From the NCBI GenBank assembly GCA_963422595.1, contig OY730298.1:524109-588108 (forward strand): 64,000 nucleotides of DNA, read 5' to 3'. The DNA is from Gammaproteobacteria bacterium (lineage in GTDB: Bacteria; Pseudomonadota; Gammaproteobacteria; UBA4575). The notes beneath the pieces were generated by a model, which was not told the DNA's origin, did no database searches, and worked only from the letters and a program-made list of their open reading frames with translations. The position numbers were made by a program, and so were the translations under genes. The stretch's first letter is position 1, and the number at the start of each line of letters is the position of its first letter. Below, piece after piece: positions 33,862-42,443 of the stretch.

Positions 33862-33925
33862 GAAACTTGTACTAAACCGTTACTCGTAGCATATTTTTAC
33901 GTTATCACATCTGTACTAACCAGCA

Positions 33926-35107
33926 ATGGAAGTTTATTTGGTAGGCGGGGTAGTGCGTGACAAATTGTTGGGGTTACCCATTGAAGAAATTGGAGAACCT
34001 GATTGGATGGTTACCGGCGCCAGTGCAGAAGAAATGCTTGACAGGGGATACAGACCGGTGGGCAAGGATTTCCCAGTTTTTTTGCATCCTCGCAGTAACG
34101 AAGCATACGCCCTGGCGCGCACGGAAAAAAAACAAGGCCGGGGTTACTACGGTTTCCAGGTTCACGCCGCGCCAGACGTAAGCCTGGAAGAAGACTTGCG
34201 GCGGCGGGACTTAACCATTAATGCCATGGCAAGGGATCAATCCGGCAAGCTCATTGATCCATATGGCGGACAACAAGACCTGCATGACAAGCTGTTACGG
34301 CACGTTTCCAGCGCCTTTACCGAGGATCCATTACGAGTCCTGCGCGTGGCGCGGTTTGCCGCTAAATTCGCTTCACGAGGATTCAGGGTCGCCGACGAAA
34401 CATTACAGTTAATGCGGCATATCGCGCGCTCTGGCGAATTAACAGAGTTAACGCCCGAGCGAATATGGCAGGAGACACGCACGGCATTAAGCACGGAAAC
34501 TCCGACAAAATTCTTTTCCGTACTGCATGAGACGCGCACCCTGGAACAAATCTTTACCGGCATTGGCGAGCAGTTTTCAAACCAGCAAGCGCGTAACATC
34601 GGGTTTGCCGCACTGGACGAAATCTCCTTGCGGGAGCATGAGCCTTGCGCGCGTTTCGCCGCACTGGTCGGCGGGCTTTACTTTTATCGGAGAGAAGATG
34701 CCCGTCACGAGGTTGATAAATTAATTAACCAAATTCCTTTACCTGATAGCTGTAAAAAATTACTGACGCTTACGGCGACCCTGCAACATCAGTGCCACGA
34801 GGTCTTTGCTCTGCGCGCGAGGCATTTACTTGGTCTGCTAAACAGGCTGGACGTCAGCAGAAAACCCGAACGTTTTGTAACGGCTTTGAAAATTTTCTCC
34901 GCAATCTATACAGCGGCGACTGGTGAAGGTGAATATTTGCAAGCGGCCTGGTTACGACGCGCTGCCAACGCGATTACAAACATAAATGCGGGAAAGTGGG
35001 TAAGAGCGGGCATTGCCGGCGCCGAGCTTGCTAACAAACTACAGCATGCGCGACTGGAGTCACTTAGAGGACTTATCCAGGATCATGACACTACCAATAA
35101 ACGATAA
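33926..35107 (+). CDS. cca: CCA tRNA nucleotidyltransferase (short form, no obvious HD domain)
   Basis: YLVGG.VRD, GKDFPVFLHP, DLRRRDLTINA, EDPLRVLR, ERIWQE. Confidence 0.95.
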   Translation: MEVYLVGGVVRDKLLGLPIEEIGEPDWMVTGASAEEMLDRGYRPVGKDFPVFLHPRSNEAYALARTEKKQGRGYYGFQVHAAPDVSLEEDLRRRDLTINAMARDQSGKLIDPYGGQQDLHDKLLRHVSSAFTEDPLRVLRVARFAAKFASRGFRVADETLQLMRHIARSGELTELTPERIWQETRTALSTETPTKFFSVLHETRTLEQIFTGIGEQFSNQQARNIGFAALDEISLREHEPCARFAALVGGLYFYRREDARHEVDKLINQIPLPDSCKKLLTLTATLQHQCHEVFALRARHLLGLLNRLDVSRKPERFVTALKIFSAIYTAATGEGEYLQAAWLRRAANAITNINAGKWVRAGIAGAELANKLQHARLESLRGLIQDHDTTNKR

Positions 35108-35891
35108 GTAAAATCACCCCTAAAAGAATTCTATATAGCACAAACGGCAACATGCCTATGCGGCTAATAAACTTTAGAAACCAATGTATGCAGAAAAAAG
35201 CCGCGACCGCTGAACAAACCATAACCCCCAAGGCTAAGTCCCATGCAATTATTACCTCTTGGCGCAAGACGTGATAGCACGCATATACGGAAGCCGCGAG
35301 CAGCGTGGGAATCGCTAATAAAAAAGAAAACCGCGCTGCTTCCACGCGCGAAAGCCCTAACCACAGGCCAGCGGTCATCGTTACGCCAGAGCGGGAAGCA
35401 CCGGGGATCAATGCGGTGGCCTGGGCTAAACCGATAACGAGCGCATTGACAGTCGTTAATTGTCCGATTTGTCGGGTTCGTTTACCATGCCAGTCGGCCA
35501 GCCACAACAGCAAGCCAAAAAATATTGAGGCTATCGCAACCACGATTGCATCGCGCGCATATTCGATTACGTAGACGTGGAATAACAGTGCGGCGATCAA
35601 TATCGGCAGCGTGGCGCATAGCAGTAACCAAGCAAGCCGCCTGTCTCCGGTGGCACCACCAGACACATCGGGCGAGGCGCGGCAAGCGTTCATTAATTTA
35701 CGCAGATCGGCCCGAAAATAGAACAACACCACTAGTAAGCTGCCCAGGTGCGCAGCGATATCAATAACAATACCCTGGTCCTGCCATTGCATAATAATGG
35801 GCAGGAGTACTAAATGAGCAGAGCTTGAGATCGGCAGAAACTCGGTAATCCCCTGGATTACCGCTAATAAAAAAGCATGTAATGACCCCAT
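35091..35891 (-). CDS. uppP: Undecaprenyl-diphosphatase
   Basis: QGITEFLPISSSAH, PGASRSGVT, AARFSFLL. Confidence 0.96.
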   Translation of the reverse strand: MGSLHAFLLAVIQGITEFLPISSSAHLVLLPIIMQWQDQGIVIDIAAHLGSLLVVLFYFRADLRKLMNACRASPDVSGGATGDRRLAWLLLCATLPILIAALLFHVYVIEYARDAIVVAIASIFFGLLLWLADWHGKRTRQIGQLTTVNALVIGLAQATALIPGASRSGVTMTAGLWLGLSRVEAARFSFLLAIPTLLAASVYACYHVLRQEVIIAWDLALGVMVCSAVAAFFCIHWFLKFISRIGMLPFVLYRILLGVILLIVYW

Positions 35892-35910
35892 TCAGGTGTT
35901 ATCCCTTTTT

Positions 35911-37086
35911 TCAGAGTCGCGCGCGCATGTCACGTAAAGTGAATCGATCGGCGCCGTAATCTATACCCTTCCCCAGTACCATGACTTGAAAACGCTCGCC
36001 AATGGAGGCGCCCAGTGTCAGTTGTTTAAGTTGCGCGATCTGCGCGGCGCGTTCAGCTTCATTGTTTGCCAGCGGCCGCCAGTCAAGCAGGTGATTAGCC
36101 AACATGAAGTTGCGCTGTGAGCTAAAGGACAATACTCCTAAACCCAGGCTTTCAGCCGCCATTGCCAGCGCGGAAAAATCCACGTCCGCGGTAAGGTCCT
36201 GAAGGCCGGGACAGGCAAACGGATTTTCAGATACCTGGTGTTTAAAATAGCTGCGCAAGGTTCCCATATTGCGCTGCGGGTGGTAGTACTCACTACGCGG
36301 GTAGCCATAATCAATCAGAAACACGATGCATTGGTCACAACAACCAGTCCACGCAGATAAGGCATTTTTCAGTTCAAGATTGATTTCACTGCGATAATGC
36401 CCGGTAGTCGACCAATCCAACGTTGCCGTCACGTGATGCAGCGCGGCATCGAGGTCTTCTGAAGGTTCCTGCAATTGCCAGTTAAAACTTCCTTTCTGCG
36501 TTAATGTTACACATCTTTCCTTAATGTTACGTGGGCCTATCTGAAAGCATTTAACTGGTAGTGCATCCAAAACTTCATTGGCTATGACAATCGCGCTTTC
36601 TATGCCGCCAGACAGGTTTGGCAACCATTCAATAATTGCCACGTGTTCGGGTATTTCGGTGGCCAGCAATTTTCGTTGCCGGTTACGCAATAACGCGCTT
36701 GGATCATAGATGTAATAGCGACCTGGCAGGCACCCCCAGGAATGCAGGAAGCCGATTATATCGCGGGTAAGTCTGCCACTGCCAGCGCCAATTTCCAACA
36801 CCGCGCGTTTGGCGTCATCACGAATTAGTTTAGCGCACGCGTGCGCTAAACAGTAAGCAAGGTGCGCCGAGGTTTCCGGCACGGTGATAAAATCTCCATG
36901 CTCACCGAAAATTGGTTGCCGACGATGATAGTAACCGACGGCATGATCATGTAACACCAATCGCATGTACTGATCAAAACCAAGACTGCCACCTTGTGTT
37001 TGCATCTCTTGCCTGACACGTTCGGTACACTTGTCGGTATGCTCCTGTTGCGCCAGCGTTAGCTCTATGGAATTGACTTCAGACAC
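35911..37086 (-). CDS. SAM-dependent methyltransferase, MidA/NDUFAF7 family
   Basis: GDFITVPE, LEIGAGSG, ANEVLDALP, IDYG, QDLTADVDF. Confidence 0.9.
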   Translation of the reverse strand: MSEVNSIELTLAQQEHTDKCTERVRQEMQTQGGSLGFDQYMRLVLHDHAVGYYHRRQPIFGEHGDFITVPETSAHLAYCLAHACAKLIRDDAKRAVLEIGAGSGRLTRDIIGFLHSWGCLPGRYYIYDPSALLRNRQRKLLATEIPEHVAIIEWLPNLSGGIESAIVIANEVLDALPVKCFQIGPRNIKERCVTLTQKGSFNWQLQEPSEDLDAALHHVTATLDWSTTGHYRSEINLELKNALSAWTGCCDQCIVFLIDYGYPRSEYYHPQRNMGTLRSYFKHQVSENPFACPGLQDLTADVDFSALAMAAESLGLGVLSFSSQRNFMLANHLLDWRPLANNEAERAAQIAQLKQLTLGASIGERFQVMVLGKGIDYGADRFTLRDMRARL

Positions 37087-37294
37087 GTAGGGTAATTAAG
37101 TGGGTTAAATTAATAAAAGTGGCCATGATAACAGTTAGCGCGGCGTGCATATAAAAGAACCGCGGACGGCCATAAGTTAATTCACCCCACCACAGAATAC
37201 ATTGGTGCCGTCAGCCGGACCTGATTGGGATTGACTCCATGCGGGCATGACTTTATACCGATAAGTAGAGATAATTGGTGAGCGGCACGAACTT

Positions 37295-37804
37295 TTACGT
37301 ATCCGCATGAAATTCGTATTCTACGAGCTTCAGGCCCCCATTCTCCACGCTTTTTTCCCGTAGTTCACCCCATAGTTCAACAATAGTCCGTGCTTCTTGC
37401 GGATGCACGACCTGACCAGCCAGTTCAGTCAACGGCTTTAATACAAAGTTGTAGCGCAGGATATCGGGGTGCGGAAGATTCACGCCGTCCATCCGCATGA
37501 CGAGATCGGCATGCAGTAACTGGTCTAAATCGAGCGTGCGTGATTCAAACTGCTCTTTACTGCGAGTTCGACCATGTTCTGCTTCTATCTGTCTGAGAAT
37601 TTGGCTTATCCGTTGCGGGGAATGCTTTGAATCAAACCCTACAACTAAATTGTGAAAATCGTCCCCGTCAAAACCTACTGCTTTGGTTGCATACACGTTA
37701 GAAATATTTAACCGACCAAAATGCCCGCGCAATGCCTTGATTGATGAGCAAATATTTCTTTCTTTATCAATATTGCTGCCGATGCTGACATACACGCGCG
37801 CCAT
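37295..37804 (-). CDS. folK: 2-amino-4-hydroxy-6-hydroxymethyldihydropteridine diphosphokinase
   Basis: MARVYVSIGSNI, IE..HGR, SRTLDLD, PHP, FVLKPL; probable start 37804. Confidence 0.95.
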   Translation of the reverse strand: MARVYVSIGSNIDKERNICSSIKALRGHFGRLNISNVYATKAVGFDGDDFHNLVVGFDSKHSPQRISQILRQIEAEHGRTRSKEQFESRTLDLDQLLHADLVMRMDGVNLPHPDILRYNFVLKPLTELAGQVVHPQEARTIVELWGELREKSVENGGLKLVEYEFHADT

Positions 37805-37897
37805 CGCTACCAGCCCACTTATTGCGCCAGGACATGGAGCTTCGGGTGCCAGGCCCAGTGAGCCTGTAGTCGCCACGCATAGTATCCCGTGTCAGAT

Positions 37898-38000
37898 GAT
37901 TGCGATTGCCACGTTGCCATCGCGGAACGCGATGACGGTAACGAAGCAATGCAGGGGAATGGGCGTAACCACGCGAGTTTTCGCTGACTCGTGATGACGG
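37898..38000. repeat. Two degenerate palindromic REP/RPE-like units between folB and folK
   Basis: GATTGCCACG...CATCGCG-GAA-CGCGATGACGG and AACCACGCGAG...CTCGTGATGACGG; both end in GATGACGG. Confidence 0.5.
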
Positions 38001-38134
38001 GAGAAACAGCCTGAACCGCAAGCCCCGACCTGCGCCAGGATTCAAGGGCAGGGTAAAGCCGACCGGGCAAACCTATCGTGCGGCGTACCGCCTGCATGAT
38101 ATACGACCTATATCGCCGGGTCACACGCCAAATC

Positions 38135-38515
38135 TCATGAGTGGTCGGAGGCAGTATGTGGACTGGATTCGCCGCGTTCAATGGTTATTCCGACGTCGCG
38201 TGAGCCACGTACCGCGCCCGGTTTGCTGATAGTGACGCGCACCCAGGGGAGATTAAATTCCTGCAACAAAATTCCCGCTACGTTTTCAGCTAAGGTTTCA
38301 ACTAATGCATAGCGGCTGTTTTCGACGAATTGGATTACGCGCTTGGCGACCGCTTTGTAATCCAGCGCGTCATCAATGGAGTCGGTGGCCGCGGCACTGG
38401 CAGTATCACCAGCCATCTCCAGATCAACCCGCACCTTTTGCCTGATGCGTTTTTCCCATTCGAATATGCCGATGGTGGCGTCGATTTCCAGATCACGTAA
38501 AAAAATTATGTCCAT
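38135..38515 (-). CDS. folB: Dihydroneopterin aldolase
   Basis: IGIFEWE...Q, LDY, LVETLAE, KPGAV, VGITIERG. Confidence 0.96.
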   Translation of the reverse strand: MDIIFLRDLEIDATIGIFEWEKRIRQKVRVDLEMAGDTASAAATDSIDDALDYKAVAKRVIQFVENSRYALVETLAENVAGILLQEFNLPWVRVTISKPGAVRGSRDVGITIERGESSPHTASDHS

Positions 38516-38641
38516 TGCCGGTGCTGCGATGCTGTTGGTTGTAAATAGTCAATTTGCGTTGTGCCGCCAAACCTGCTTGTGTCATTTTAGCGATTCTGGT
38601 ATCTTCAGTCACCGTGTTCAGTTGAATGTAAAATATTTACT

Positions 38642-38878
38642 ATGTCCCGCGTTTGCCAAGTTACCGGAAAGGTGCCTGCTTCAGGCAATAACGTTTCTCA
38701 TGCACATAATAAAACACGGCGTCGGTTTATGCCTAATATTCAAACCCATCGCTTTTGGGTGGAGAGTGAGAACAGGTGGGTTAAGTTGCGCGTTTCCACT
38801 CAAGGTATGCGTATTATTGATAAGAAAGGTATTGATGAAGTGCTGACCGATCTGCGTAAACGCGGCACCAAAGTATAA
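38642..38878 (+). CDS. rpmB: 50S ribosomal protein L28
   Basis: [10 protein letters not shown]...[18 protein letters not shown]. Confidence 0.99.
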   Translation: MSRVCQVTGKVPASGNNVSHAHNKTRRRFMPNIQTHRFWVESENRWVKLRVSTQGMRIIDKKGIDEVLTDLRKRGTKV

Positions 38879-38895
38879 AGCCAGCGGGGTGTCTT

Positions 38896-39063
38896 ATGGC
38901 AAAAGCCGTTCGTGAAAAAATCAAATTGGTCTCCAGCGCGGGCACTGGTCATTACTATACGACCAGCAAAAATAAACGCACGATGCCCAACAAGCTCGCA
39001 ATGAAGAAATATGACCCGGTGGTGCGTAAGCACGTGCTTTATAAAGAGGCCAAAATTAAATAG
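38896..39063 (+). CDS. rpmG: 50S ribosomal protein L33 (55 aa, not in the ORF track)
   Basis: Manual translation [55 protein letters not shown]. Confidence 0.98.
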   Translation: MAKAVREKIKLVSSAGTGHYYTTSKNKRTMPNKLAMKKYDPVVRKHVLYKEAKIK

Positions 39064-39090
39064 CAACCGGCGTTTTCACCCCGAATGGCA

Positions 39091-39630
39091 TTACCACGCA
39101 TGCTGTGGAAGACGATGCTTAAGATTTCTGCACTTCCACCTCAGAATCCGCAAGAGAAAATGGTGGTTTTGCGGGAGCTTTTTTAACTTTAATTTTGATC
39201 CCGGGTTTAATTTCCTTCTGTTTTGAGTTCCTTGTCTAAGCCAACGCCATCTGCGATAAAAATAAATAACGTCCCCAGCTGTCACTTTAACGGTAATAAA
39301 AAAATAACGTCCCCAGCTGTCCTTAGCAAGCGTGAATTGACACCGATAAACCCCTCTAAGGGTTTCATCCCGGTTGATACCGGTTTCGGCGTCCACCGCG
39401 ACGGCTCCCGTAGCAACCGTGCATAGACCAGACAAACAGGAACGCCAAGGCTCCACATCCAGTAACCTGAATGACCGGCACAGAGTGCCGGTTCCTACGT
39501 TCCAGTACGGCGTCATGCGCGCCGGAGCGGCCAGCACTAACGAACCCATTTGCTTTTGATTATTCTGGGGTATCGGGTGCTCATGTGGCTCTTTAACGGG
39601 AGCTTCAGGACTGAGGGTTGAATATATCAT
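39091..39630 (-). CDS. Dubious orphan ORF (179 aa)
   Basis: ATG-started ORF with no recognisable motif; contains a duplicated 20-mer. Confidence 0.2.
   Translation of the reverse strand: MIYSTLSPEAPVKEPHEHPIPQNNQKQMGSLVLAAPARMTPYWNVGTGTLCRSFRLLDVEPWRSCLSGLCTVATGAVAVDAETGINRDETLRGVYRCQFTLAKDSWGRYFFITVKVTAGDVIYFYRRWRWLRQGTQNRRKLNPGSKLKLKKLPQNHHFLLRILRWKCRNLKHRLPQHAW
39264..39321. repeat. Direct repeat of AAATAACGTCCCCAGCTGTC (2 copies, period 38)
   Basis: Copies at 39264-39283 and 39302-39321. Confidence 0.9.
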
Positions 39631-39683
39631 TATAGAGGATAAATTTCAAGTGTTAATTCACCAGTTACAGCCGTTAAAATTGT

Positions 39684-40181
39684 GCTTGAGCGCCGGGAGC
39701 GGCTGGGATAGCTATAAACCCGGGCCAGACGTCCGATAGAATTGCACTTAATAAAGTAGACGTGCTTAAGAAATGTCGGTCATTGCTTAACTTTGTCTAC
39801 ACGTCTGCCATGTGGGGATAATTCGTCTTATCCAGTCATGTAGCAGGTGTCTTGTGGAATTTCGCTTGAGCGCCGGGAGCGGCTGGGATAGCTATAAACC
39901 CGGGCCAGACGTCCAATAGAATTGCACTTAATAAAGTGGACGTGCTTAAGAAATGTCGGTCATTGCTTAACTTTGTCTACACGTCTGCCATGTGGGGATA
40001 ATTCGTCTTATCCAGTCATGCAGCAGGCGTCTTGTGGAATTTCGCTTGAGCGCCGGGAGTGGCTGGGATAGCTATAAACCCGGGCCAGACGTCCAATAGA
40101 ATTGCACTTAATAAAGTGGACGTGCTTAAGAAATGTCGGTCATTGCCTAACTTTGTCTACACGTCTGCCATGTGGGGATAA
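39684..40181. repeat. Tandem array of a 180-bp unit (2 full copies + a 138-bp partial copy)
   Basis: Units start at 39684, 39864 and 40044 (GCTTGAGCGCCGGGAG...) and differ by a few substitutions; no long ORF. Confidence 0.97.
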
Positions 40182-40347
40182 ATTGCCATCGTCTATGCGC
40201 TGCCCAATTAAGACATCTGGGTAAGGTCAGCTACATAATTCTGCAAACGAGGGGTCTGATGTTTTGCGGTTGGCGTTACGGCTTGTATGCCGGTGGTGGC
40301 TTGAGGTCTACAGTATCACTTCCAGCGGCTGGCACTACGCGACAGTT

Positions 40348-41355
40348 TTAAGGGGTGTAAGAATTGAGGCCTATAAAGGTGCCGCCGTTACGTTCGCACA
40401 AGGCGCGCATCAGGGTGGCAAAGCGAATGCCGGTAGTCTGTTCTGCCTGCGGGCGGCCGAATTGAATGGGAAACCCGACCGCGTGGATGCGCACGCGACG
40501 GTTGCCGCGCTGGTCGCGTTTGTTGATGCGGTCTACGTGGTGTAATACGGTGTCGATGGAGGGCCCGGTAAATTCGTCTCCGAATACGTACAGGCTGATG
40601 TCTTTGTTGGTTGCGTAAAAGGTGCGAATGGCGGCACTGATTCCCTCTACCGGGCTACTGTTACTGAACGGCCGCCAGGTGCGTAGGCGTTTCAACACGG
40701 CTTTACGCCGTGCCGGGGTGTCGGGGATCCATTTGCCGGTATATTGTTGGAACATGTATTCGCCCATGTCGTTCATAATTTGTATGCCTTTGACTTTCGG
40801 GTATACGTTTAGTACTTCGGCAAGTTTTTGTTGCACCAGATGCCAGCCGTAATTCTGCATGCTGCCGGAGGTGTCGATGATGAAGATGATGTATTCACTG
40901 TCGACCGGAATGCCGCCTACGGTAGTATCCGGCTGCTGGTGTACAGACGCCGCACGCAACCGCCGCATGGCTGCCGTGAGTTGCTGTTTGGCAGCAGCCA
41001 GTTGAGCTTCGATGATGTTTTGAACGGTGGCGTCATCACGGGCCGCGGCGTATTGCCCTTGCAGCGTCGCCAGCTCTGCTTGCAGACGCGCGATGTTTTC
41101 GACGCGCCGCGCCAGTTGCGCCTTGTTGCTGACCAGCTGGCGATTCAAAAGATTAATCTGGCCGTGCAGGTCAGACAATTCCTGCCGTAGTCTGGTGACT
41201 GTCTGTTCCAGGTCTTTGCTGTATTCTTCAAAGATGATGGGTTCGGCAGTTTTCGACAGCACCAGCAACAGAATAAGTGCGCCGAAGCCGCAACATACAC
41301 AGTCTAAAAAAGACAGGCTGAAAACTTCGATATTGCGCCGCCGCTTGAGGTTCAT
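40348..41355 (-). CDS. Membrane-anchored coiled-coil + vWA protein (paralog B)
   Basis: N-terminal RRR..FSLSFLDCVCCGFGALILLLVL TM, coiled coil, MIDAS IIDTSGSM. Confidence 0.88.
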   Translation of the reverse strand: MNLKRRRNIEVFSLSFLDCVCCGFGALILLLVLSKTAEPIIFEEYSKDLEQTVTRLRQELSDLHGQINLLNRQLVSNKAQLARRVENIARLQAELATLQGQYAAARDDATVQNIIEAQLAAAKQQLTAAMRRLRAASVHQQPDTTVGGIPVDSEYIIFIIDTSGSMQNYGWHLVQQKLAEVLNVYPKVKGIQIMNDMGEYMFQQYTGKWIPDTPARRKAVLKRLRTWRPFSNSSPVEGISAAIRTFYATNKDISLYVFGDEFTGPSIDTVLHHVDRINKRDQRGNRRVRIHAVGFPIQFGRPQAEQTTGIRFATLMRALCERNGGTFIGLNSYTP

Positions 41356-42443
41356 GGCCAGTCCCTGGCCGGACTGAAAAAGGCACCATTGGTGCGTTGC
41401 GCCAGTTTCCAGTATTCGCTGGCGGCATCCGGATCTCCTTCCATAGGAAACAGAATGATATTCACTGGAATGCCGCGCGGCAATGCCGTCAGGGCTTGTC
41501 TGAAAAGTTTCTTGCGTGCCTTAGCCGTCACCTTAGTGCCAAAAGACCGGCCCTCTCCCTGCGTGGGCAAACCGTCCGTCAACAGGTAGATGTTGTCGGG
41601 CGGCGGCGATAACGCACTGATACTTTGAAACGCGCGCCGCAGGTTGGTGCCTTGTTGCGGTACGGTGGCGTAAAAATTCGCCACCGCGGTGTTCAGGTGG
41701 CGCACGTCTCCAGCATCCAGCCAGGGCTTGCCTGCGACCTCGTAGACGGGCGCACTGGTGGTGTTGAACGTGTAGATTTGAAACTTGCTGGCAGGTGGGA
41801 TGCGCGTGGTGATCCAGTCTACCGTGTATAGTACTTGTTGCCATTTGGCGGCGCGCACTCTGGTGTCTGCCGACAGATTGCGAAACCGCAATACATTGAC
41901 GATTCTATCCGCCAACATGCTGGCGGAGCTGTCCACTAAAATCAGGATGCGCGCACCTCCCATTTTGAGGCCGGTTAAGTATTGCCGCTGTCCCGGTCCG
42001 GCAAAGTGACGCCGGTGCTGACCCGGTATTTGTGCGCGCGTGGCACTGCCTTCTAAACGCTTATAGGCCTCTTCAAGCGATTTCAAGTCGGCCTTGAGTG
42101 CTTCAACGGCTTGTAATTGCGCCGCCGTTGCCGCGCGTTGTCGCACCAGTTGAATTTTATCGGTGCGTGTATTTTCTATAATTTCTGCGGCGCGAGCCTG
42201 CGTTTGTGTCAGTTCGTCGTGTAGTGTTCGCCGGCTGTTGTTAAGTTGCGCTAAATGCTTTTGACCGGTCAGCACGGCCTTGTCAAGTTCGCGCGCCTGC
42301 GCTTGCGCCAGGTGATTGATCTGCTGCTGCCGACCATGGGTGTTGGCATTGATGATCATGAAAAACAGGATGACGGCGCCAAAGCCGCAAAACATCACGT
42401 CCAGAAAAGCCAGACTAAACGGGCTAATGCTGTCGCGGCGCAT
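41352..42443 (-). CDS. Membrane-anchored coiled-coil + vWA protein (paralog A)
   Basis: MRR...FSLAFLDVMFCGFGAVILFFMI TM, coiled coil, MIDAS LVDSSASM...GTNL...LLTDGLP; probable start 42443. Confidence 0.88.
   Translation of the reverse strand: MRRDSISPFSLAFLDVMFCGFGAVILFFMIINANTHGRQQQINHLAQAQARELDKAVLTGQKHLAQLNNSRRTLHDELTQTQARAAEIIENTRTDKIQLVRQRAATAAQLQAVEALKADLKSLEEAYKRLEGSATRAQIPGQHRRHFAGPGQRQYLTGLKMGGARILILVDSSASMLADRIVNVLRFRNLSADTRVRAAKWQQVLYTVDWITTRIPPASKFQIYTFNTTSAPVYEVAGKPWLDAGDVRHLNTAVANFYATVPQQGTNLRRAFQSISALSPPPDNIYLLTDGLPTQGEGRSFGTKVTAKARKKLFRQALTALPRGIPVNIILFPMEGDPDAASEYWKLAQRTNGAFFSPARDWP

Noticed and set aside
37087-37294. Pteridine reductase remnant between the MidA-like gene and folK
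   Set aside because: Expected from synteny, but the residual similarity is too weak to support
38100-38140. Possible selenoprotein (ATG AGA TTT GGC GTG TGA) after folB, given selD nearby
   Set aside because: Readthrough gives a short frame with no redox motif or recognisable SECIS
39684-40181. CRISPR array
   Set aside because: The unit is 180 bp, the intervening sequences are near-identical rather than unique spacers, and there are no cas genes
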